The notes under the pieces are model-generated. The model was not told the origin of the DNA. It saw nothing but the letters and a program-made list of their open reading frames with translations, and ran no database searches. This document shows, piece after piece, positions 39,640 through 50,131 of a DNA stretch of 64,000 nucleotides (positions are counted from its first letter, which is position 1; each line of letters opens with the position of its first letter). Location: contig OZ059898.1 in the NCBI GenBank assembly GCA_964057225.1, positions 9,920,001 through 9,984,000 on the forward strand. Direction: 5' to 3'. The translations under genes and the position numbers were made by a program. Origin of the DNA: Auanema rhodensis (lineage: Eukaryota > Animalia > Nematoda).

Positions 39640-40251
39640 TTCGAAAATGTTAGATTGTTTCCGAAAAATTATGAAAAGTCAAGTTCTACTGATTTGAAGA
39701 AAATTGTAAGTTTTAGAAAATAATTAAAAATAAGTTCTCTCTACTATTAACTGATTGTCGGCTAAAATATGGTAACAGTTTTTATGAAAAGTTTCCATGA
39801 TTAGGATTAAACAAAAAAAAGAATTAAAAAGAAACACTTCTTGTTCACTTACTTGATTATACTACTTGAAATTCGAAAAAAAGTAAAAAACAATTGAGAA
39901 AGCGACATAAACAGTTGAACGATTTGAAGAGAATTGTAAGTTTAAGAAAAGATTTAAAGTTTAGCTTTGTCTACTATTAACTGATTATCGGCTGAAATAT
40001 GGTGACAGTTTTTTATTAAAAGTTTCCATGATTAAGATTAAACAAAGAAAAAAAAATCAAAGAGAAACACTTCTTGTTTACTTATTTGATTATAACACTT
40101 GAAATTCCAACAAAAGTAAAGTAAAACTGTTAAAGCGAGTAAAACTGTTGAACGATTTGAAGACAATTGTAAGTTGAAGAAAAAAATTAAAGTTTAGCTC
40201 TCTCTACTATTAACTGAATGTCGGCTGAAATAAGGTAACAGTTTTTATTAA

Positions 40252-40382
40252 TTGGCTTCGAGCCTGCAGTTGTCGTATAGCATCTTGGTTAACTGTATCG
40301 GCATTTAAAGCCTCACAAGCAAGCGCATAGGCTCTTCTTACATTCATCGTATGCATCAATTCTTCTTCGACGAGATGAAGAG
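40252..40382. repeat. 131-bp direct copy of 41239-41369 at the left junction of the insert
   Basis: ttggcttcgagcctgcag...gacgagatgaagag appears identical at both positions (offset 987). Confidence 0.93.
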
Positions 40383-40595
40383 ATGAATCATTATCATTAA
40401 TTAAAACTGTATTGTTGGAAAAATTGTTTATTATCTTCTGTATTAGGTTTTTATACATTTAATGGTGAAACAGATTACGTTGAACGTAATAAAAAAAATA
40501 AAGATAAAAGAAGTGGTGAAACAGATAACATTGAACATAAAAATGAAACAAAAAAAATTTTAAAACATTACTCAATAATAAAAAATTCGTCGATT

Positions 40596-43500
40596 CTAGT
40601 TTTTTTTTCTTTCCGATGTTAGTTTCTTATTAATTTCTGTGAAATCTATCGGTTTCTTCTGAATTAAAACATCTGGATTGTAGAGTGTTTTCCTATTTTC
40701 AAAGTTGTAATCTTTACCCAAGCACAGGGTAGGAGTTCGACACTGATACAAAATTACATTAAATATTAAATGATTAATACAACTTATTTTCATGCAGTGC
40801 ATAGGGCTTCCCTTTTTAGTTAAAATTTCAAAATAAGTTAATATACAGTCATTGCAGAACGCATGGAAACAAGGTGAAAGACTAAAACCGAAATACATCT
40901 AAATTAAGTTATAAACTTACATTACTCTTTCGGAGGGAAGATCAAGACATATCTCACATACGTCACTTTCTCGCAACGTTAACAGCTTTGAATTTTCTTC
41001 GTCAGGACCAGAACTCATAACGGGGGGGGGGTTTTCTTCTTTATCACGTTCATTTCGAATGTAATTAATGGCATCATCACGTGTGCTCATCTGCACATCT
41101 CTTCTCATCATAATCAAGGTGTTCTTAAATCCTATCAAGGCCGTCTCTCTGTTATAGAAAACATATTCTTTGAATCGAATCTGAAAATTCTACTGCTATA
41201 ACCATGATTATAGTTCTAATAACTTTCTCAGAATGTCCTTGGCTTCGAGCCTGCAGTTGTCGTATAGCATCTTGGTTAACTGTATCGGCATTTAAAGCCT
41301 CACAAGCAAGCGCATAGGCTCTTCTTACATTCATCGTATGCATCAATTCTTCTTCGACGAGATGAAGAGCAGTGAACTTACGCATAGCAACATTCATGTT
41401 GCTTGGCTTACCACTTATTGAAACGAACAATTCTTGTAGTTCTGGAAAGATGTCTTGGCCTATGCTGGAAGAATAACAATCAAGCAGTAAGCGAAATGCA
41501 CTTACCTGACCAAAGTGTCAAAAAACGGCAATAACCAAGTATCGATTGCGGTGAAAAGCAGAGACCCATTTTTACTGGATTGAAAGTAAAAAAAAAGGGG
41601 ATCTTGAGGGTGTCGATCTTTTTTTCTTTCCTTCAAATTTATTTTTCTAATTTTTTAAGGAAATTGAATGATACTTCAATGTAAATACTTCTTTTAGCTT
41701 TATAGTATACTTCAGATCTTACTCCACTATAGAAAATAAGATAATAGCCTAACAATACCGAAAGCTCAGCCATTGCTTTCTAAAAACTATATGTATTTAT
41801 ATATACATAGTAAACAGAGCCGTCACCTTCTTTTTTTTTTGGGATGTTGCCGAGTTCAATAGGCAGCTATGTAGATCTACTATTATAGTAGCAGCATATT
41901 CATTGTATGAATTATACAACTGATGGAAGGTTTTTTTTTGGTTTTCATTCAGAATTTTTTTTTCCATTCTATTGGACCGGACAGTCTGCAAAAAATTATT
42001 AAAAGAATAAATTAAAAAAAAATACGTCATCCAAATCATTCTTGCAGTTTCTCATCAATGAAATAAGCGAGCAGCAATCATCGTATTTTTTTTTTAGAAC
42101 ATGTAACCCTCTGATGATGTCATTAACCATCTTGAGTGCGGATTGAACGTTCTGGGAGTGCATTGCACGGACAAATTCCTCATGGAACTAAAAACATGCT
42201 TAAAAAAAAGGCTTGACCCAAAAAAACCTCTATGAAATCGGATATTTCAACGCTCTCATTTTTTTTTATTCGCATCATGAACAACACGTATGTGCCGAAA
42301 GATTTAAGTGTTTCCTGGCAGATTTTATTTGCCTTTTCTCTCTGGAACACAATTTATGGTGTTCAAGTATAGAAAAGGTTCACCCTAGTATCCATCTCCG
42401 AGTATCTTCTTTTTTTGGAATCTTTCATTGGCATACCATCGTCATATTCCTTCAAGGCAAATAAGATGCTGTTTTCCACAACATATTCACGCAGGCTTGC
42501 CGTCAACAAACTTTTATGGGTTCTTGTCTTCACTTCCACGGTGGGTACCTTAATCAATGATGAATAAAAACAAAACTTAAGATTAATAGTCCCTACCCAA
42601 TTCAAGTGTAGTTCACGAAAAGCTCGCACAGTTGGTTTTTCATGTATCGATTTTTGGTATCGAATAACGGCATTTCTTACAGTGCCGTGTGAAATTTTTT
42701 CACCATAAGACCTTAGAGAGGAAAAAATAGATGTTACTTACATAAAAGAAACGTACCAGTCAACAAATTTTTTCCATTTCCCGAAATCGGAGTGAAGTAG
42801 ATGTGTCGTAAGGCATTTTGCGAATTTTCGGTTTACCATGCCGCCGCATATGGGACACCACCTTTTATCGCCGTCTCTGCAATTTCCTTCCGGAGACCTA
42901 AAAGGAGCTGACAAGATATCAACCTTGAATGAATCACAAGTGAGGTATTCTGAAATACTTAATTTTATAAAAATAATGCTTGAAAAAACCGTCATTTGAA
43001 AACACGGAGTTCTCTTCCATTTCTTCGAAATCTTCGTCCTCGTCTTCCTCTTCCTGTTCCTCCTCATCCTCTGAGGGTGTGTGTCTAAAACAAAAACACC
43101 AACAGTTCGTACAATGGCAGCATATGCATCTCTTCGTATCTGTCAAAATGGTTACTGGTCTTCTCGATTCACCTCTGCAAATATAAATAAATTTTTAGAA
43201 AACTTTAAAAACCTTACTTGTAATAATCGAACAGGAGCTGTTGTCCGGGAAAAATTTTTTTTAAGGCTACGACGATCAGAAGCCCTCTCCTTAGTCTCAC
43301 CTTGCAATTGGCGTGCCTACCAGATGCGTGGTTGATTAAGTTCTCAAAAAATTGGAATCCTGGGACCTGGAAAAGTGATATGGAGAATGACATTTTTTAA
43401 AAGTAGCAACTCACATTCTGAAAACTTTGAGCGGCATGGTAGCCGTTAAGAGGTTCTGCATCTGCGTTAACGCAGATGGAGTAAGAATCCATATCTGTAG

Positions 43501-43828
43501 TAGGTGTATCCGGGGTTGTATAATAGCCACATAATATTCTTTCCTTATTAAGTATCCTAGTAGCAAAAACACCTATATCAAATTGTAGGGAAAAAATTTG
43601 TTTTTAAATATAACCTCGACCAACAACTGGATGCTCTTTGATTTCGAGGTTATACCAGCAGGCATACTCGAAATAACTGACGAAACTTTGGTCACATAGT
43701 ATCAAATCTAATAAATTAAAATTTTTTTTAACATCCCATCCCACCTATATACCTTTATTTTCAAGAATTTCTTCTAGTACAAACCCTTCCGGTTTCACCC
43801 TTCCCATTATGCGATCTTGCAGGCTCAT
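40596..43828 (-). CDS. Spliced ~846-aa SET / post-SET / C2H2-like finger / tyrosine recombinase / RING protein (17 exons; start codon uncertain)
   Basis: Exons 43828-43753, 43707-43615, 43572-43415, 43366-43218, 43174-42990, 42949-42757, 42711-42597, 42548-42384, 42341-42228, 42187-42026, 41985-41827, 41779-41675, 41630-41506, 41464-41224, 41180-40921, 40881-40788, 40742-40596. Introns are 39-48 nt and all phases join. Motifs: LEIKEHPVVGRGVFATR, NLINHASGRHANC, VALKKIFPGQQLLFDYY, CICCHC, CPICGG..LTTHLLH, YLIFYSGVRSE, HTMNVRRAYA, QGHSEKIRFKEY, CEIC..CFHAFCNDC..CMKCR. Confidence 0.82.
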
Positions 43829-44937
43829 CTCATTTGTTGTAATGTTCAAAAAGTCGTGAAGACGATTTCATGAAAATAATAATCTATTGCGACCTGCATT
43901 TTTGAGTTGGCGTCAGCACGCAAATAAACAGACGCCATTTTTCTTGAGTCATTTTTTTATTATCTTTGTTATTATAATCGTGCTTTTATTTGTTATAATT
44001 AAAAATTAGTTCTCTCTACTATTAACTGATTGTCGGCTAAAATATGGTAACAGTTTTTATAAAAAGTTTCCATGATTAGGATTAAACAAAAAAAAGAATT
44101 AAAGAGAAACAATTTTTGTTTACTTATTTGATTATAATACTTGAAATTCCAAAAACAGTAGAATAAAATTGAGAAATCGACAAAAACAGTTGAACGATTT
44201 GAAGAGAATTGTAAGTTTTAGAAAAGAATTAAAGTTCAGCTATCTCTACTATTAACTGACTATCGGCTAGAATAAGGTAACAGTTTTTATTGAAAGTTTC
44301 CATGATTAAGATTGAACAAAAAAAAAATTAGAGAGAAACACTTCTTGTTTACTTACTTGATTATAATACTTGAAATTCCAAAAACAGTAAAATAAAATTG
44401 AGAAAGCGACAAAAACAGTTGAACGATTTGAAGACAATTGTAAGTTTAAGAAAAGAATTAAAGTTTAGCTTTGTCTACTATTAACTGATTATCGGCTGAA
44501 ATATGGTGACAGTTTTTTTTTAAAAGCTTCCATGATTAAGATTAAACAAAGAAAAAAAATCAAAGAGAAACACTTCTTGTTTACTAATTTGATTATAACA
44601 CTTGAAATTCCAACAAAAGTAAAGTAAAACTGTTAAAGCGAGTAAAACTGTTGAACAATTTGAAGACAATTGTAAGTTGAAAAAAAAAATTAAAGTTTAG
44701 CTCTCTCTACTATTAACTGAATGTCGGCTAAAATATGATAACAGTTTTTATTAAAAGTTTCCATGATTAAGATTAAACAAAGAAAAAAAATCAAAGAGAA
44801 ACACTTCTTGTTTACTAATTTCATTATAACACTTGAAATTCCAACAAAAGTAAAATAAAACTGTGAAAGCGGGTAAAACTGTTGAACTAAAACAGTCTTT
44901 ATAAAATATAAATGATATTTTTTTATAAAAGTGAAGT

Positions 44938-45008
44938 TGCATCGGCCGGGAATCGAACCCGGGTCGCCCGCGTGGCAGGCGAGCATTCTACCACTGAACC
45001 ACCGATGC
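44938..45008 (-). tRNA. tRNA-Gly(GCC)
   Basis: Canonical copy. Confidence 0.95.
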
Positions 45009-46033
45009 TTCGAAAATGTTAGATTGTTTCCGAAAAATTATGAAAAGTCAAGTTCTACTGATTTGAAGAGAATTGTTAGTTTTAGAAAATAATTAAAAAT
45101 AAGTTCTCTCTACTATTAACTGATTGTCGGCTAAAATATGGTAACAGTTTTTATAAAAAGTTTCCATGATTAGGATTAAACAAAAAAAAAGAATTAAAAA
45201 AAAACACTTCTTGTTTACTTACTTGATTATACTACTTGAAATTCGAAAAAAAGTAAAAAACAATTGAGAAAGCGACATAAACAGTTGAACGATTTGAAGA
45301 GAATTGTAAGTTTTAGAAAAGAATTAAAGTTCAGCTATCTCTACTATTAACTGACTATCGGCTAGAATAAGGTAACAGTTTTTATTGAAAGTTTCCATGA
45401 TTAAGATTGAACAAAAAAAAAATTAGAGAGAAACACTTCTTGTTTACTTACTTGATTATAATACTTGAAATTCCAAAAACAGTAAAATAAAATTGAGAAA
45501 GCGACAAAAACAGTTGAACGATTTGAAGACAATTGTAAGTTTAAAAAAAGAATTAAAGTTTAGCTTTGTCTACTATTAACTGATTATCGGCTGAAATATG
45601 GTGACAGTTTTTTTTTAAAAGTTTCCATGATTAAGATTAAACAAAGAAAAAAAAATCAAAGAGAAACACTTCTTGTTTACTAATTTGATTATAACACTTG
45701 AAATTCCAACAAAAGTAAAGTAAAACTGTTAAAGCGAGTAAAACTGTTGAACAATTTGAAGACAATTGTAAGTTGAAAAAAAAAATTAAAGTTTAGCTCT
45801 CTCTACTATTAACTGAATGTCGGCTGAAATAAGGTAACAGTTTTTATTAAAAGTTTCCATGATTTAGATTAAACAAAGAAAAAAAATCAAAGAGAAACAC
45901 TTCTTGTTTACTACTTTGATTATAACACTTGAAAATCCAACAAAAGTAAAATAAAACTGTGAAAGCGGGTAAAACTGTTGAACTAAAACAGTCTTTATAA
46001 AATATAAATGATATTTTTTTATAAAAGTGAAGT

Positions 46034-46104
46034 TGCATCGGCCGGGAATCGAACCCGGGTCGCCCGCGTGGCAGGCGAGCATTCTACCACTGAACCACCG
46101 ATGC
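46034..46104 (-). tRNA. tRNA-Gly(GCC)
   Basis: Canonical copy. Confidence 0.95.
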
Positions 46105-46899
46105 TTCAAAAATGTTAGATTGTTTCCGAAAAATTATGAAAAGTCAAGTTCTACTGATTTGAAGAGAATTGTTAGTTTTAGAAAATAATTAAAAATAAGT
46201 TCTCTCTACTATTAACTGATTGTCGGCTAAAATATGGTAACAGTTTTTATAAAAAGTTTCCATGATTAGGATTAAACAAAAAAAAGAATTAAAAAGAAAC
46301 ACTTCTTGTTTACTTACTTGATTATACTACTTGAAATTCCAAAAACAGTAGAATAAAATTGAGAAAGCAACATAAACAGTTGAACGATTTGAAGAGAATT
46401 GTAAGTTTAAGAAAAGAATTAAAGTTTAGCTTTGTCTACTATTAACTGATTATCGGCTGAAATATGGTGACAGTTTTTTATTAAAAGTTTCCATGATTAA
46501 GATTAAACAAAGAAAAAAAAATCAAAGAGAAACACTTCTTGTTTACTTATTTGATTATAACACTTGAAATTCCAACAAAAGTAAAGTAAAACTGTTAAAG
46601 CGAGTAAAACTGTTGAACGATTTGAAGACAATTGTAAGTTGAAGAAAAAAATTAAAGTTTAGCTCTCTCTACTATTAACTGAATGTCGGCTGAAATAAGG
46701 TAACAGTTTTTATTAAAAGTTTCCATGATTTAGATTAAACAAAGAAAAAAAATCAAAGAGAAACACTTCTTGTTTACTAATTTGATTATAACACTTGAAA
46801 ATCCAACAAAAGTAAAATAAAACTGTGAAAGCGGGTAAAACTGTTGAACTAAAACAGTCTTTATAAAATATAAATGATATATTTTTATAAAAGTGAAGT

Positions 46900-46970
46900 T
46901 GCATCGGCCGGGAATCGAACCCGGGTCGCCCGCGTGGCAGGCGAGCATTCTACCACTGAACCACCGATGC
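46900..46970 (-). tRNA. tRNA-Gly(GCC)
   Basis: Canonical copy. Confidence 0.95.
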
Positions 46971-47765
46971 TTCGAAAATGTTAGATTGTTTCCGAAAAAT
47001 TATGAAAAGTCAAGTTCTACTGATTTGAAGAGAATTGTAAGTTTTAGAAAATAATTAAAAATAAGTTCTCTCTACTATTAACTGATTGTCGGCTAAAATA
47101 TGGTAACAGTTTTTATAAAAAGTTTCCATGATTAGGATTAAACAAAAAAAAGAATTAAAAAGAAACACTTCTTGTTTACTTACTTGATTATACTACTTGA
47201 AATTCCAAAAACAGTAGAATAAAATTGAGAAAGCAACATAAACAGTTGAACGATTTGAAGAGAATTGTAAGTTTAAGAAAAGAATTAAAGTTTAGCTTTG
47301 TCTACTATTAACTGATTATCGGCTGAAATATGGTGACAGTTTTTTATTAAAAGTTTCCATGATTAAGATTAAACAAAGAAAAAAAAATCAAAGAGAAACA
47401 CTTCTTGTTTACTTATTTGATTATAACACTTGAAATTCCAACAAAAGTAAAGTAAAACTGTTAAAGCGAGTAAAACTGTTGAACGATTTGAAGACAATTG
47501 TAAGTTGAAGAAAAAAATTAAAGTTTAGCTCTCTCTACTATTAACTGAATGTCGGCTGAAATAAGGTAACAGTTTTTATTAAAAGTTTCCATGATTTAGA
47601 TTAAACAAAGAAAAAAAATCAAAGAGAAACACTTCTTGTTTACTAATTTGATTATAACACTTGAAAATCCAACAAAAGTAAAATAAAACTGTGAAAGCGG
47701 GTAAAACTGTTGAACTAAAACAGTCTTTATAAAATATAAATGATATATTTTTATAAAAGTGAAGT

Positions 47766-47836
47766 TGCATCGGCCGGGAATCGAACCCGGGTCGCCCGCG
47801 TGGCAGGCGAGCATTCTACCACTGAACCACCGATGC
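47766..47836 (-). tRNA. tRNA-Gly(GCC)
   Basis: Canonical copy. Confidence 0.95.
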
Positions 47837-48032
47837 TTCGAAAATGTTAGATTGTTTCCGAAAAATTATGAAAAGTCAAGTTCTACTGATTTGAAGAGAA
47901 TTGTAAGTTTTAGAAAAGAATTGAAGTTCAGCTATCTCTACTATTAACTGATTATCGGCTAAAATAAGGTAACAGTTTTTATTGAAAGTTTCCATGATTA
48001 AGATTAAACAAAGAAAAAAAATCAAAGAGAAA

Positions 48033-48390
48033 CGTTCCATTCGGATGATCAATGCATTACATTCATATGACGAAGCTGTAGCAGGCGGGTTAGAGTCAGA
48101 GAATGCGAGACTGAGAGAAGACGACCCGCCCTTTTCCATATTACAACACTTCAGCTTTGCCTCAGGGACGATCATGGATGGTTGGTCGTTCTCTCTCTGT
48201 TCTCTATTAGTTTAACCTTCACTTAGTTATATGTATCTTATTGTAATCACGTAGATATAATAAACCAATCTTTCTCGAGTCTTATGTTTATCCTTATGCT
48301 CCATGTTTAACCGCTACATCTGGAATACTACCACGCTCATCTTGTAGACTCCATTGGTCTGTAAGATCGACGCGGGAGCATAACGGAACG
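48033..48390 (+). repeat. 5' LTR of element 2
   Basis: CGTTCC...GGAACG terminal inverted repeat; AATAAA at 48259-48264; matches 59301-59658. Confidence 0.96.
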
Positions 48391-48403
48391 TGGAGGTTCC
48401 ACC
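48391..48403 (+). promoter_or_regulatory. Primer-binding site, tRNA-Gln (13 nt)
   Basis: TGGAGGTTCCACC immediately after the 5' LTR. Confidence 0.88.
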
Positions 48404-50131
48404 TCGAACTTATCACAATTTTTTTTTCCTTCTCTTTAATGTTTGTGTTGTTAATTCATTTTCAAATTTCTTTCATCTCTCTTTTTCTCATACCATCTAC
48501 TCTATGTCTTAAAACAATACGGAGGGGCCAACAACGTTAAATGGGAACAGAGGCAAGGAATCCTTTTTTTTTAAAGAAGGATTATACGTTTCGAGATTAT
48601 TATTTTCCCGTTTGTTCACAAAAATTCTTTCGTCTGAACCTTTAAATTTCGTATCCTTGCTTATAACATCTGAAAGGCTCTGTTACCCAACCTTGAAGCT
48701 TGATGAGGGCTTTAGGCTGAATTAGTGAACAAATTCACCTAAAGTAATTGTTATTTCGTATTTCCCACGCTTTCTCCTTTTTAAGGATTAATTTTGGCTT
48801 CAAGGAAAGAATAACTTCGGTTATATCTTTATATTTCGTGGATGAAGTTTGTTTTGCGATCAGGACTATTTTATTTTGCGTTACGATTTCGTTCAGACAA
48901 ATTTTGCTTCTAACATCCTAAATTTATAATCAGTACGCATGAAAAAAATTACACGGGAAACCTCACCAAAAAGGGAGGATTGTTAATTTATAGATCGCTA
49001 TAGTCCGAAAAATCCTGTTGAAAAATGTTATCTCGAATTTGAATCATGATTAACACAGGTCGTGTTGGCTAAAGCATATCGGTTTGGATTTTCTCCCCTT
49101 ACTGAATGTCACCTTCCTCATACCGTTATTGTTGTTCAGAAGCATAAGACTCACGCATTGAACCTTATTCCAACTTTAATACTAGTTCTTGTAATATTTA
49201 GCCATTTAACTCTGCTTTTATTTCAAAATTCGATTTCTGATCACGAAATACCTACATTCATCATTGCGAAACGCTCTTTTGTAAAACTAATATTACGAAT
49301 CCCATGACTTTTGTTACAACGAAACATGCGAGCTACACCAAATGTATTTGAAAACCAGATTGTAAAGAAACAAAAATTATTTTTGGTGACAAAAGAGAAA
49401 TTGGTGCACATTTATTGTTAAACTGCTCTTTTATCAAAAGCATGTTACGAATTACACCATAAGTTTTGTTGCAAGATGACACACCACATGGCCGAGAAAC
49501 TAGTGTAACAAAACATAAGTTTAGTCAGCATGAGGAAAATGGTTGCATACAAATCAGTAAAATGTGCTGTAATTGAACGAATATTACGAATTACACTAAA
49601 CGTTTTGTAAAATAACAGCTTGGTCACCCCAGATGTTTTGTGAATCAGATTTTCAACTACAGAGAAAATACGGAGAGCACCAGAGTCCCGATATCACACA
49701 GTAGAAGGCGGATCCATCGCCATTGGCCAAGGCATCGACCTCATTCTCACAAGTTGTCGATACGACACCGGTCGCTCTCCAAAGCCTTTCTCATTTTGCC
49801 TACATCCTCATCCTTATTCACCGCATTCTTTAACGTCTCAACATCCCACACGTTACCAAGCACTCAAGGTTTTTTCAAACCAAGAGTTCTAGCAAGGTGG
49901 CTAAGAGATTCCATTCAGCCGTACCTATAAGTACGCATTTCGATTCCCAAGACTCAGCTCCCTTTACCAGAAGTCGAGCTCGAGCTCAAGACGTCGCTAT
50001 ATTAGAAGAGGAGCAGAAAGTCGACAAGAAGCCGGATAATTTCCTTATTCCTACTACTGATTCTGTCTCACCTACTGAACAACTAGGCGACCCGGACTAC
50101 GTACCTACTATAGAAGAAGAACTATCAATCA

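Larger units (their letters stand above)
8619..40250. repeat. ~231-bp AT-rich satellite with interspersed 172-bp tRNA-Gly modules (block 1, 32 tRNAs)
   Basis: Monomer core ctactattaactga...aaagtttccatgattaagattaaac...cttgaaattcca...gttgaacgatttgaag repeats throughout; tRNA spacings are ~634/865/1094/1329/1557 = 172 + n x 231. Confidence 0.97.
40251..43994 (-). mobile_element. ~3.7-kb non-satellite insert; candidate tyrosine-recombinase (Crypton-like) DNA element
   Basis: Abrupt exit from and return to satellite; no LTR, TIR or TSD; contains one intron-rich gene with tyrosine-recombinase motifs. Confidence 0.65.
43995..48032. repeat. 231-bp satellite / tRNA-Gly array, block 2 (4 tRNAs)
   Basis: Same monomer and module as block 1. 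Confidence 0.97.

Noticed and set aside
8619-40250. CRISPR-like repeat-spacer appearance of the GC-rich 71-mer
   Set aside because: The repeat is a tRNA gene, the spacers are themselves satellite repeats, the context is eukaryotic, and no cas genes are present.
43459-43478. Perfect 20-bp palindrome catctgcgttaacgcagatg
   Set aside because: Single occurrence inside a SET-coding exon (ICVNADA) with no evidence of a separate function.
40251-43994. Helitron or TIR-transposon interpretation of the insert
   Set aside because: No TC...CTRR ends, no terminal inverted repeats, no TSD, and no Rep/helicase or DDE motifs.
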